17,980 nucleotides of DNA from an archaeon (GTDB taxonomy: Archaea; Iainarchaeota; Iainarchaeia; JAFGOX01; DATDTB01): assembly GCA_035291025.1 (NCBI GenBank), contig DATDTB010000097.1, positions 1 through 17,980 on the forward strand. The letters run 5' to 3'. Below the pieces are notes generated by a model, which saw only the letters and a program-made list of their open reading frames with translations, was not told where the DNA came from and made no database searches. How positions within the stretch are numbered: position 1 is the first letter of the stretch; every line of letters starts with the position of its first letter. Below are positions 1 through 6,586 of the stretch, one piece after another. The translations under genes were made by a program, and so were the position numbers.

Positions 1-300
1 ACCAACGCGCTTGCCCTGTTTCTTGAACTTCAAGAAACGCTTCACTGCACGCTCTAGGTTGAACACGACTGACTGCTGTGCTTGCGAGTACAAACCGTAA
101 TTCTTGCACATTAACTGCATCGCGTTCCTTGACAAGAAAAAACCAAACGCTTGATAGTGCTTCTTGTTGGCCTCCAACAACTCGTTCCACAACTGCTTGG
201 CCAGAAAACGCTGTCCATTCAACTCCGATAACTGCCTCTTGCCGGGGTACAACCTGAACTTGAAAACTCGAAGCACTTCCATACCACCATTGAACGCCAT
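1..300 (-). CDS. tnpB: TnpB-like (IS200/IS605 OrfB) RNA-guided endonuclease, N-terminal 100 codons only; the rest lies beyond the window start
   Basis: Reverse-complement translation from the ATG (plus-strand cat at 298..300) gives MAFNGGMEVLRVFKFRLYPGKRQLSELNGQRFLAKQLWNELLEANKKHYQAFGFFLSRNAMQLMCKNYGLYSQAQQSVVFNLERAVKRFLKFKKQGKRVG. It is collinear and roughly 80-85% identical by eye to the N-terminus of the full ORF at 7473..8627. It is absent from the ORF track because it is open at the window edge. Confidence 0.85.
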   Translation of the reverse strand, partial: MAFNGGMEVLRVFKFRLYPGKRQLSELNGQRFLAKQLWNELLEANKKHYQAFGFFLSRNAMQLMCKNYGLYSQAQQSVVFNLERAVKRFLKFKKQGKRVG

Positions 301-459
301 AAGACGCGTTTCCCAAGCATATAAACCCTAAAGAGTGCGGGTTGCCGATGCCCCCTAAAACCAGCACGCGCAGGCAAGCACTGGCAACGGAGTCAACACT
401 GGACTTGGAAAAAATTGCCAACAAAACTCGTTCAAAATAGAAATAGAACAGCGATTCAA

Positions 460-528
460 CCCACAGCTAAATGTCAAACCTCACAGGTTTGACAACTGTC
501 AGACAAAGGCTGACATAAAGCTCGTGGG
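460..528 (-). repeat. Left-end subterminal hairpin of IS copy 1 (stem CCCAC/GTGGG) whose loop holds an extra ~50 nt containing two smaller hairpins
   Basis: Plus strand has cccac at 460..464 and gtggg at 524..528. Inside are gtcaaacc-tcaca-ggtttgac (473..493, 8-bp stem) and gtcag-acaaagg-ctgac (498..514). Copy 2 has the same stem closed by only a 10-nt loop (7293..7312). Confidence 0.6.
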
Positions 529-546
529 ATTTCTCGCTCGACAACG

Positions 547-1314
547 TTAAAGCCCTAATTGGAGGGCGTTGAACAATCCCGCGAACTCGATTACCTCGGT
601 CTGGAACACTTTTTTCCCCGCCAAGCCCAGCCGCTCGACTTTTCCAGCCAGTTCTCCTTTCCTTCTTTCCTTGAACGCAAGGGAAAGGGCTTTTTCCAAG
701 TCCTTGTTCTTGTACTTGAACACGCGTTCAAGGAACGCCTGGAACGCGCTTTCCTTCCCTTTTAGCTGGTTCTTGGACAGCTCGAACTCGACCAACACCT
801 TTCGGGCGGGCGGCCTTGGATGGAAGGAGTCCTGCTTTACCGGTAGCTCGCGCTTCCTCCTGGAAAGGCCTTGGAACATGACAGCCAACGGCGAGTAGTC
901 CAGGAACACGGGCTCGGCCGTGACCTCTAAGTAAAGCTCTTGCGGCAGCAGGTAGTAAGCCTTTTTCTCGGCGAATTCGAGGAACTTCCACAATTGCTTC
1001 TTGTCCAGCCCGGGGTGGACCATTACGAGTACTTTCGTGAAACGCCTTCCTTCCACGCCCTTCAGTTCCCTGCAGCCCCGCAGTGCAGCGTACGCCCCTT
1101 CGTCCACTTCAGTGACTGTTCCAGTAGGGAGTTCCCGTGAAAGGAACCCGAGCGCGTCGTAAAACACTCCAATGGTTTCGTTTTCCTTTACTCCAAGGAA
1201 CGAGTTCATTTCCTGGATTTTCCGCGAGTCAACGAGTACGTTTCTCTTGTCTTTCTTGGGGTCGAACCTGTTTTTCAGCATCAGGGAATAAAGCTCTGGG
1301 AGCAAGTCGTGCAT
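547..1314 (-). CDS. KsgA/Dim1-family rRNA adenine dimethyltransferase homolog with degenerate SAM-binding and catalytic motifs (probable pseudoenzyme)
   Basis: 255 aa with collinear family features. FDPKKDKRNVLVD corresponds to F.PKK.LGQNFL.D. YSPLAVMFQGLSRRKRELPVKQDSFHPRPPARKVLVEFEL corresponds to YG.LSV..Q......V....F.P.PKV.S.VV.L. AFQAFLERVFKYKNKDLEKAL corresponds to F..F....F..R.K.....L. It occupies the KsgA slot of the conserved archaeal eL21-Rpo4-DUF655-KsgA operon. Motif I is IGVFYDALG (expected E-I/V-G-x-G-x-G) and motif IV is VMVHPG (expected N-L/I-P-Y). Confidence 0.7.
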   Translation of the reverse strand: MHDLLPELYSLMLKNRFDPKKDKRNVLVDSRKIQEMNSFLGVKENETIGVFYDALGFLSRELPTGTVTEVDEGAYAALRGCRELKGVEGRRFTKVLVMVHPGLDKKQLWKFLEFAEKKAYYLLPQELYLEVTAEPVFLDYSPLAVMFQGLSRRKRELPVKQDSFHPRPPARKVLVEFELSKNQLKGKESAFQAFLERVFKYKNKDLEKALSLAFKERRKGELAGKVERLGLAGKKVFQTEVIEFAGLFNALQLGL

Positions 1315-1346
1315 TTACAGTCCAGCCCTTCTTGAAACCCGTTGCC

Positions 1347-1910
1347 TCACCAGCGCTGCCTGGCTTCCTTTGGCGGCCTCACGAACAAGTAGTACTTTTC
1401 CTCGCCCTTCAACTCTTGCATTATCCTGTCCACCAAGACCTTTTTGGAGTTGGGGAAGTTTTTGAGGCGGGCGTTCACGTCCTCGAGGCTCTCGAAGGGC
1501 TTTTTCTGCCTCTCGGCCAGGAGTTCCTGGAAGTGCTTCCTGCCAATGCCGGGCAGCAGTTCCAAAGTATGGAGTCTAACGCTGACGGCGCCGGACTTGT
1601 TGTAGAACTGGAGGAACTTGTCTTTTTTTTCGCCGACCATTTTTTCCACTACGCGTTCCAGGCACGACTTGGAGTTTTCAGTCAGTTCCGAGTACGAAAT
1701 GACCCCCTTGACGAGCGCGACCTTGTCCCTTTCGCCTTTTCCAACGAAGACCTTTTCCAATGGCTCGAACTTGGCTTCGGGCTTTGGGACCATTGCCAAG
1801 AGCGAAAAGCGCTCCGTTCCAATTCCTTGAACCAGGGGGGAGTGCTTGTAGTCAGTGTAACGGCCTTCGGGCAAGTAGTCCAAAACGAATACATAGTCTT
1901 CTTTTTCCAT
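1347..1910 (-). CDS. DUF655-family predicted RNA-binding protein (OB-fold plus helix-hairpin-helix)
   Basis: 187 aa with the N-terminus MEKEDYVFVLDYLPEGR typical of archaeal DUF655. A C-terminal HhH-like segment reads LELLPGIGRKHFQELLAERQKKPFESLEDV. It lies immediately downstream of rpoF, as in many archaea. Confidence 0.8.
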   Translation of the reverse strand: MEKEDYVFVLDYLPEGRYTDYKHSPLVQGIGTERFSLLAMVPKPEAKFEPLEKVFVGKGERDKVALVKGVISYSELTENSKSCLERVVEKMVGEKKDKFLQFYNKSGAVSVRLHTLELLPGIGRKHFQELLAERQKKPFESLEDVNARLKNFPNSKKVLVDRIMQELKGEEKYYLFVRPPKEARQRW

Positions 1911-1971
1911 TGGAAACCGCGCCCCTCTTGTTTTTTGGCCTTTTTTAAAAAAGAAAAGAAACCCGCCCTTT

Positions 1972-2310
1972 TCACTTCTTGTGCGAGTTGACTTTTTCGA
2001 ATATCTTTGCTAGGACGTCGTCGGCGGGCGCCTTTCCCTTGGCGTAGACGGCGCGCACGTCTTCGACGCCTTCCGGCATCAAGTCAACGAACTTGCACGC
2101 CAGCGTCTCGTCCACGCCCTCTATTTCCATCAGCGCTTCCTTTAACTTGTTGGCCTTCTTTGCGTCAGTCTTTGAAAACTTTCCAACGTACTTGAGCGTG
2201 GCCTCTTGCTCGAAGTTCGGCTTTTCCACTCCCTTCAGCTTTTCCTCAAGCAACGCGTTGACTTCCGGCACGCTTACCGGCCTGGTCCCCAACAGCTTTT
2301 TACCAATCAT
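1972..2310 (-). CDS. rpoF: DNA-directed RNA polymerase subunit Rpo4 (RpoF)
   Basis: Begins MIGKKLLGTRPVSVPEVNALLEEK and contains ACKFVDLMPEGVEDVRAVYAKGK, matching the archaeal Rpo4/F pattern (MIG.K..., A.KLVDI.PE...D.R.IFAKE). The ATG is at 2310; the track's longer ORF starts at a GTG at 2322, which is an alternative start. Confidence 0.8.
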   Translation of the reverse strand: MIGKKLLGTRPVSVPEVNALLEEKLKGVEKPNFEQEATLKYVGKFSKTDAKKANKLKEALMEIEGVDETLACKFVDLMPEGVEDVRAVYAKGKAPADDVLAKIFEKVNSHKK

Positions 2311-2352
2311 TTTTCCCAACACCCAAAAAAGAATTCCCTTGACTGCCTTTTT

Positions 2353-2370
2353 CCCCCCGGCAAAGGGGGG
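2353..2370. other. C6/G6 hairpin in the rpl21e-rpoF spacer
   Basis: cccccc (2353..2358) ggcaaa gggggg (2365..2370), flanked by T/A runs (ctttttcccccc...ggggggacttttttt). It sits in the 77-nt gap between two co-oriented genes. Function unknown. Confidence 0.4.
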
Positions 2371-2387
2371 ACTTTTTTTCCCGCCTT

Positions 2388-2669
2388 TTAATTCAACGCC
2401 TTCAAGTGAACAGGCAGCGAGACCAGGACTTTTTCGCTGTCCCCGTCGCTTACTTGGACCAGGTAACTCCTGCCCTGCATTCCCACGACTTTTCCCGCGC
2501 GGCCCTCGTACTTGGGGTGCGGGAAGCCCCTCTGGAACCCGGGGTCGATCCTGACTATGACGCGCTGTCCTTCACTGAACGACTGCAAGTGCTGCGTCAA
2601 CGTGGTCGCCCCGTGCTTTCTGAGCTTGTGCCTCGTCCTGTGCTTCAATCCATGTGAATTCTTTCCCAT
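2388..2669 (-). CDS. rpl21e: 50S ribosomal protein L21e (eL21)
   Basis: MGKNSHGLKHRTRHKLRKHG...GQRVIVRIDPGFQRGFPHPKYEGRAGKVVG is typical of eL21. The ATG is at 2669, preceded by AGGGGAG about 8 nt upstream. The track's 2696 start is a TTG that adds 9 atypical residues. Confidence 0.85.
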   Translation of the reverse strand: MGKNSHGLKHRTRHKLRKHGATTLTQHLQSFSEGQRVIVRIDPGFQRGFPHPKYEGRAGKVVGMQGRSYLVQVSDGDSEKVLVSLPVHLKALN

Positions 2670-2930
2670 TTCTTGTCTCCCCTCTCTTTTTTCCAAGCAA
2701 AAAAACTCAAAACCACTCGAAAAGCGTTCTCTTGCGTTGTTAGAAAAGCGCTTGGAGTCCCTTGGACTGGCACTGCAGCCAGCCGCGACGCCAGTGATTG
2801 CTTGAGTAAAACATATGGCGATATCTTTTTATACCATTCAGGGTTTCAACTACTGAGAGAGCTTTATAAAGCCTTTTTAAAGGCGGGTTCGTTTTTAGCA
2901 TTTTTTTGAACGAAAGCTGGGGAAAAACCA

Positions 2931-3581
2931 ATGGCAAAAGCCAAAAAGACACGGCCTTCAAAGCCCAAGGGAAAAACAAAGGCAAAGCCAAGGCCTTCAA
3001 AGGGAAAGCGTTCCAGGAAAACGCCTTACACGATAGTAAACATGGTGGCGTCCTCGGAGTTGAACGTCAACCTCAACCTAGTCGAACTCGTAATGGCCTT
3101 GCCCAACGTCGAATTTGAGCCCGAACAGTTCCCTGGCGCAATAGTCCGCTTGACCGAGCCCCACTCCACCCTGCTTGTTTTCGGGAACGGCAAGATAGTG
3201 TGCACGGGCGCCAACAACGAGGAAACAATCGCGCGGGCCATTGGAACTTTCATGAAGCAAGTAAACAAGGCCTTCCCAGCCCTAAAACTCAAGGGAACGA
3301 GGCCTTTCGAGGTATCCAACATGGTCGCCTCTTCCGAGCTCAACCGCGTCATTGACTTGTACTCCTTGGCAATGCTTTCAGACTCCGTTGAATACGAAGC
3401 CGAACAGTTCCCTGGAGCAATCATCCGGTTCAAGAACCCCAAAGTAGTAATCCTCCTCTTCCGAACGGGCAAGCTCATTTGCGCCGGCGCCAAGTCGCGC
3501 AAGGACATAGAGCTTGCAATCCAGAAGGCAGACAAGCTAATCCGCGAGTGCTCCGTCGAGAAAAAGCCCGAGAAGAAGTGA
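2931..3581 (+). CDS. tbp: TATA-box binding protein with a ~30-aa lysine-rich N-terminal extension
   Basis: Two TBP repeats are present: YTIVNMVASSELNVNLNLVELV...EFEPEQFPGAIVRL...LLVFGNGKIVCTGA and FEVSNMVASSELNRVIDLYSLA...EYEAEQFPGAIIRF...ILLFRTGKLICAGA. They are preceded by MAKAKKTRPSKPKGKTKAKPRPSKGKRSRKTP. Confidence 0.9.
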   Translation: MAKAKKTRPSKPKGKTKAKPRPSKGKRSRKTPYTIVNMVASSELNVNLNLVELVMALPNVEFEPEQFPGAIVRLTEPHSTLLVFGNGKIVCTGANNEETIARAIGTFMKQVNKAFPALKLKGTRPFEVSNMVASSELNRVIDLYSLAMLSDSVEYEAEQFPGAIIRFKNPKVVILLFRTGKLICAGAKSRKDIELAIQKADKLIRECSVEKKPEKK

Positions 3582-3584
3582 AAC

Positions 3585-3594
3585 CTTTTTATTG
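3585..3594 (+). promoter_or_regulatory. TATA-like box (with GAAAC BRE-like flank) for the 5S rRNA gene
   Basis: gaaaCCTTTTTATTGcc ends about 22 nt upstream of the predicted 5S 5' end at 3616. That spacing is typical for archaeal promoters. Confidence 0.5.
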
Positions 3595-3615
3595 CCTTCC
3601 ATGGCGCTTTAGTCC

Positions 3616-3730
3616 GGTATCGGCCATAGCAACACGGTCACACCCGGTCACTTTCCGAACCCGGAAGTTAAGCGTGTTGCGCGCTTGATTGGTACTGCAC
3701 TCTGTGCGGGAAGGTCGGCGTGCTGCTACC
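3616..3730 (+). rRNA. rrf: 5S ribosomal RNA, unlinked to 16S/23S within this window
   Basis: Contains CGGCCATAGC...CACACCCGGTC.CTTTCCGAACCCGGAAGTTAAGC...GGTACTGC...GGGAA, matching the conserved archaeal 5S core. Helix I forms between GGTATCGGC (3616..3624) and GCTGCTACC (3722..3730). A T-run (acttttt) follows. Ends are accurate to about +/-3 nt. Confidence 0.85.
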
Positions 3731-3785
3731 ACTTTTTCAACACCCACTTTCCCATTTACTTTTTAGCAAGCCTTTTGCGCGAGCC

Positions 3786-4280
3786 CTAAAGCCTTTCGAT
3801 TTCTTTTAAGAGTGCAGCGAATACTACTGGCTTGACGTTCATTCCCGCCTTTACTATGTTTAAAAGTACGTCTTTGGCTTTTTCCTTGTTCAAGGTTTTT
3901 CCCTTCACTGCAGTCAAAACCAGCGAAGTCACCCACAGGCATTCAACGCCGTGAGCTCTCGCGACCTCAATCAAGTAGGCGTCGTTTGACACGAGCTGTT
4001 GTTTTTCAGCCTTGGCCAGCAAGACAAGTGAGGCGTCCGCTGCCTCCAGGCCTTCTGCTTTCGCGAGCTTTTTCGCCTCAACCGGGTTTGTTTCCCTTAC
4101 CTTCACCCAGTCGCTGAAGGCTTCCTCGAGTTCTCTCGTCCCGGGCTTTCCAGCGCCTTGAACCACGCATTCGTTGAAAACTTCCCTCGACGCAATGACT
4201 TCCTTGAACAAGCCTTTCAAGAGAAACAAGGCACCTGCCTTGGACAACGGAATCAAGGCAGAAGAATCTACGACAACCAT
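3786..4280 (-). CDS. PIN-domain nuclease toxin (COG2405 / DUF3368-like)
   Basis: Starting at the ATG at 4280, it reads MVVVDSSALIPLSKAGALFLLKGLFKEVIASREVFNEC...GLEAADASLVLLA...LVSNDAYLIEVARAHGVECLWVTSLVL. This is the acidic-residue pattern of DUF3368-type PIN proteins. It lies 7 nt downstream of a UPF0175-like ORF. The 50 extra residues in the track ORF (to 4430) overlap that antitoxin and look spurious. Confidence 0.75.
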   Translation of the reverse strand: MVVVDSSALIPLSKAGALFLLKGLFKEVIASREVFNECVVQGAGKPGTRELEEAFSDWVKVRETNPVEAKKLAKAEGLEAADASLVLLAKAEKQQLVSNDAYLIEVARAHGVECLWVTSLVLTAVKGKTLNKEKAKDVLLNIVKAGMNVKPVVFAALLKEIERL

Positions 4281-4287
4281 GCAGGGC

Positions 4288-4572
4288 TCACTGCGTTCGT
4301 GCCTCTCTTGCCAGCTCCTCCAAGGAGTAACCCGCGTCAATTCCCTCCCTTGAGGCTTCTTCCAGTATTTCGCGGTAGGAAACGCCTGCAAGGCGGGCGG
4401 CGGTTCTAATGGTGGCTTTTTTCTGGGCAAGCAGTTCCAGCGCCTTTTCCAGGCGCCACGCCTTTATCCCTTTTTCCAGGAGCTTCCTCACTATTTCGGC
4501 CTTCCCGCTTTTTTCCTTTTCCTCTATTTCCCAAGGCCCGGGCGTCCTCTTCCGGAATCCTTGCAGTGACAA
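4288..4572 (-). CDS. UPF0175 (COG2886)-like antitoxin, probably frameshifted; a better N-terminus lies in another frame starting at a GTG at 4588
   Basis: The C-terminal part, ALELLAQKKATIRTAARLAGVSYREILEEASREGID, resembles the UPF0175 HTH. This frame has no ATG (the track start is TTG). A second frame from GTG 4588 encodes MVEVEVVTARIPEEDARALG, the usual UPF0175 N-terminus. The two frames join cleanly if one G is skipped near 4533..4538. Confidence 0.6.
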   Translation of the reverse strand: MSLQGFRKRTPGPWEIEEKEKSGKAEIVRKLLEKGIKAWRLEKALELLAQKKATIRTAARLAGVSYREILEEASREGIDAGYSLEELAREARTQ

Positions 4573-4681
4573 CTTCCACTTCCACCACCCCTTAAGCAGT
4601 TACAAACAATGGCACTTCGTTACATAAAAAGTTATCGCTGCAGCCTTTGCCTGGTTCTTTTCCCCCAGCAGGGAGAAAACG

Positions 4682-5131
4682 CTAAGCGGTCTTGATTGAG
4701 CGCGCGTCGTTAGTTCCGCGTATTTCGACCTTGTAGCCGTCGTTCAAGTCCACGCCCGTGCTCAAGATGTCCCTGGAGTCAACGCGGAGGTTCACGTCAA
4801 GAACGTTTTTGTCATTGTAGTTGCACACAGTGTTGGGCCGCGAGTTCACGTCTATTTTGTGGGTGTTGCTCACGGAAATCGTGACGTACACTGTTTGGAA
4901 GTCGGTCTGGTCGCCCTTGCACCTAACGTAAATGACTTCGTTTTTGACGTCAATTGAGTCAATCTCTATCTGGGCCTGCGCGCTCACGCCGCTCGTGTCA
5001 ACCGACTCCAGCGACGCAGTAAGGACTCCGGAACCCCAGAAGTAGGCTATGAGGGTTGCTATTATCGCGACCGCTATCATTGCCACTGACGAAATGATTG
5101 GCGAGACTCCCTTACTTGTCAGCCGGGTCAT
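4682..5131 (-). CDS. Archaeal type IV pilin-like protein with class III signal peptide (pilin 1)
   Basis: MTRLTSKG|VSPIISSVAMIAVAIIATLIAYFW has a short basic leader, then KG-VSPII, then a hydrophobic helix, as in the archaeal pilin N-terminal domain (PF07790-like). The C-terminus ...VEIRGTNDARSIKTA is related to pilins 2-4. Confidence 0.8.
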   Translation of the reverse strand: MTRLTSKGVSPIISSVAMIAVAIIATLIAYFWGSGVLTASLESVDTSGVSAQAQIEIDSIDVKNEVIYVRCKGDQTDFQTVYVTISVSNTHKIDVNSRPNTVCNYNDKNVLDVNLRVDSRDILSTGVDLNDGYKVEIRGTNDARSIKTA

Positions 5132-5154
5132 TAGAAACAGGAAATGAGCAATGG

Positions 5155-5164
5155 AATATAAAAA
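5155..5164 (-). promoter_or_regulatory. TATA-like box upstream of pilin 1
   Basis: The minus strand reads CCTTTTTATATTCC. Its proximal edge is about 24 nt from the ATG at 5131, which implies a leaderless or very short-leader transcript. Confidence 0.45.
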
Positions 5165-5187
5165 GGAAAAGCCTGCAAGTCAAGCGC

Positions 5188-5685
5188 CTAAACCTGCTTG
5201 ACCGCTTCCGCGTTGTTCGTTCCAACAATGCGCACGACGTGTCCCACGTTCACGTCAAAGAAAACGTTGTTTGACATGTTGCTGTCCCTTAAGTTCCACG
5301 AAAGTATTCCCTGGCCGCCGGCGCTGCAGGCGTGGAGTGCGCCCCAACGCAAGTTCCCGTCAGGGTGGTCGGCGTTGTTGACGTCCAGCCTCGTGACGTT
5401 TCCCGGGCTCGTTGTGACGTATATTTGTTGTATGGTGGTTATGTCTCCCTTGCACCGCAGCGTTATAACATTGTTTCCAGCGTCAATGTTTTCGATTGCA
5501 ATTGTCGCAGTCTGTGTCACTTCCCCAGTGTCCGAAGACGCAATTATTCCTGACAGTAGTCCAATTCCCCATAGGTATGCGATTACTGCGGCGGCTACTG
5601 CGACTGCAACCATTAAAACAACGGCTATCACTGGCGAGAAACCGCGGCTCGTCCTTATTTGAAAAGCCTTCATGAAAAAAGCCAT
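5188..5685 (-). CDS. Archaeal type IV pilin-like protein (pilin 2)
   Basis: MAFFMKAFQIRTSRG|FSPVIAVVLMVAVAVAAAVIAYLWGIGLLSGIIA... The ATG at 5685 overlaps the TAA of pilin 3 by 1 nt. An alternative ATG lies at 5673 (MKAFQ...). Confidence 0.8.
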   Translation of the reverse strand: MAFFMKAFQIRTSRGFSPVIAVVLMVAVAVAAAVIAYLWGIGLLSGIIASSDTGEVTQTATIAIENIDAGNNVITLRCKGDITTIQQIYVTTSPGNVTRLDVNNADHPDGNLRWGALHACSAGGQGILSWNLRDSNMSNNVFFDVNVGHVVRIVGTNNAEAVKQV

Positions 5686-6131
5686 TAAACTGTCTTGATT
5701 GCTTCCGCGTTGTTCGTTCCAACAATGCGCACAACGAACCCAACGTTTAAGTCGAAGTTGGCGTCAGTGTCGCTGCTCCCGCTTCCCAGACCCATGTTTA
5801 TGTCTAAAAGCGAGTTAGAACCGGCTGTGCATGACTCGCTGCTCCCACTCAGCACTCCGACTCTCTTGATTGTACCCGGGCTTGTCGTGACGTAAATGTC
5901 TGTTACTGTCGTGGCGTCTCCCTTGCACCTCACGAATATCCTGTTTTCGTCAGCGTTGATTGCCTCGATTGAAATTGCCGCCGTTCCCGTTATTTGTCCA
6001 GTGTCTGACCCGGCAATTATTCCTGACAATAATCCAATGCCCCACAGGTATGCGATGACTGCAGCTGCGACTGCCACTGCAACCATCAAAACTACAGCTA
6101 TTACCGGCGAAAAGCCCCGTTGGTTAAGCAT
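5685..6131 (-). CDS. Archaeal type IV pilin-like protein (pilin 3)
   Basis: MLNQRG|FSPVIAVVLMVAVAVAAAVIAYLWGIGLLSGIIAGSDTGQITGTAA..., with RCKGD...C.AG and the C-terminal VVRIVGTNNAEAIKTV. Confidence 0.85.
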   Translation of the reverse strand: MLNQRGFSPVIAVVLMVAVAVAAAVIAYLWGIGLLSGIIAGSDTGQITGTAAISIEAINADENRIFVRCKGDATTVTDIYVTTSPGTIKRVGVLSGSSESCTAGSNSLLDINMGLGSGSSDTDANFDLNVGFVVRIVGTNNAEAIKTV

Positions 6132-6160
6132 TATGCGTTCTTCCCCTTGCTTTCCTTTTT

Positions 6161-6586
6161 TTAGGCTGTCTTTATTGCTTCGGCGTTGTTACTGCCTACA
6201 ACCCTTACAACGTGACCCACGTTAACGTCAAACGTTCCACCGCTTAGCTTCGTGTCATCCAAGTAAACAAGCGCGGTGCCGCCTGCCGTGCAACTCACTG
6301 TGCTAGAGGCGTTGAACCTTTCAATGTTGCCAGGGCTCCGGGTTACGTACACGTCCGTTATTTCCGTTATGTCGCCCTTGCACCTTATTAACACGTTGTT
6401 GTCCGTGGAGCTTATCGCCTCAATGGACACTGCCGCGGTCCCAGTTATTTGTCCAGTGTCGCTTCCGGCGATTATTCCTGATAGTAGTCCAATGCCCCAT
6501 AGGTATGCGATTACTGCGGCGGCTACTGCGACTGCAACCATTAGCACTACTGCTATTACTGGCGAGAATCCTTTTTGGTCAAGCAT
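6161..6586 (-). CDS. Archaeal type IV pilin-like protein (pilin 4)
   Basis: From the ATG at 6586 it reads MLDQKG|FSPVIAVVLMVAVAVAAAVIAYLWGIGLLSGIIAGSDTGQITGTAA... The track ORF extends to an ATG at 6682, adding 32 Lys-rich residues that are atypical for a class III signal peptide. A palindromic TTTATAAA at 6650..6657 lies inside that extension. Confidence 0.75.
   Translation of the reverse strand: MLDQKGFSPVIAVVLMVAVAVAAAVIAYLWGIGLLSGIIAGSDTGQITGTAAVSIEAISSTDNNVLIRCKGDITEITDVYVTRSPGNIERFNASSTVSCTAGGTALVYLDDTKLSGGTFDVNVGHVVRVVGSNNAEAIKTA

Larger units (their letters stand above)
1..549 (-). mobile_element. IS200/IS605-family tnpB-only element (IS1341-like), copy 1, partial; left end at about 549
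   Basis: The ~250 nt upstream of the partial tnpB (301..~549, read on the minus strand) aligns with 7270..7472 upstream of the second tnpB. Shared strings include GGGTTTATATGCTTGGGAAACGCGTCTT-ATG, TTTTGAACGAGT, GGCAATTTTTTCCAAGTCCAGTGTTGAC and TCGAGCGAGAAATCCCAC. There is no room for a tnpA between the end and tnpB. Confidence 0.75.

Noticed and set aside
2793-2856. Possible C/D box sRNA (GTGATTG ... CTGA) in the rpl21e-tbp spacer
   Set aside because: The box C candidate lacks the second GA of RUGAUGA that the k-turn needs. No C'/D' pair is evident.
4281-4430. A 50-residue N-terminal extension of the PIN ORF (3786..4430)
   Set aside because: It overlaps the UPF0175-like antitoxin in another frame. 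The PIN domain begins with the canonical MVVVDSS at the ATG at 4280.
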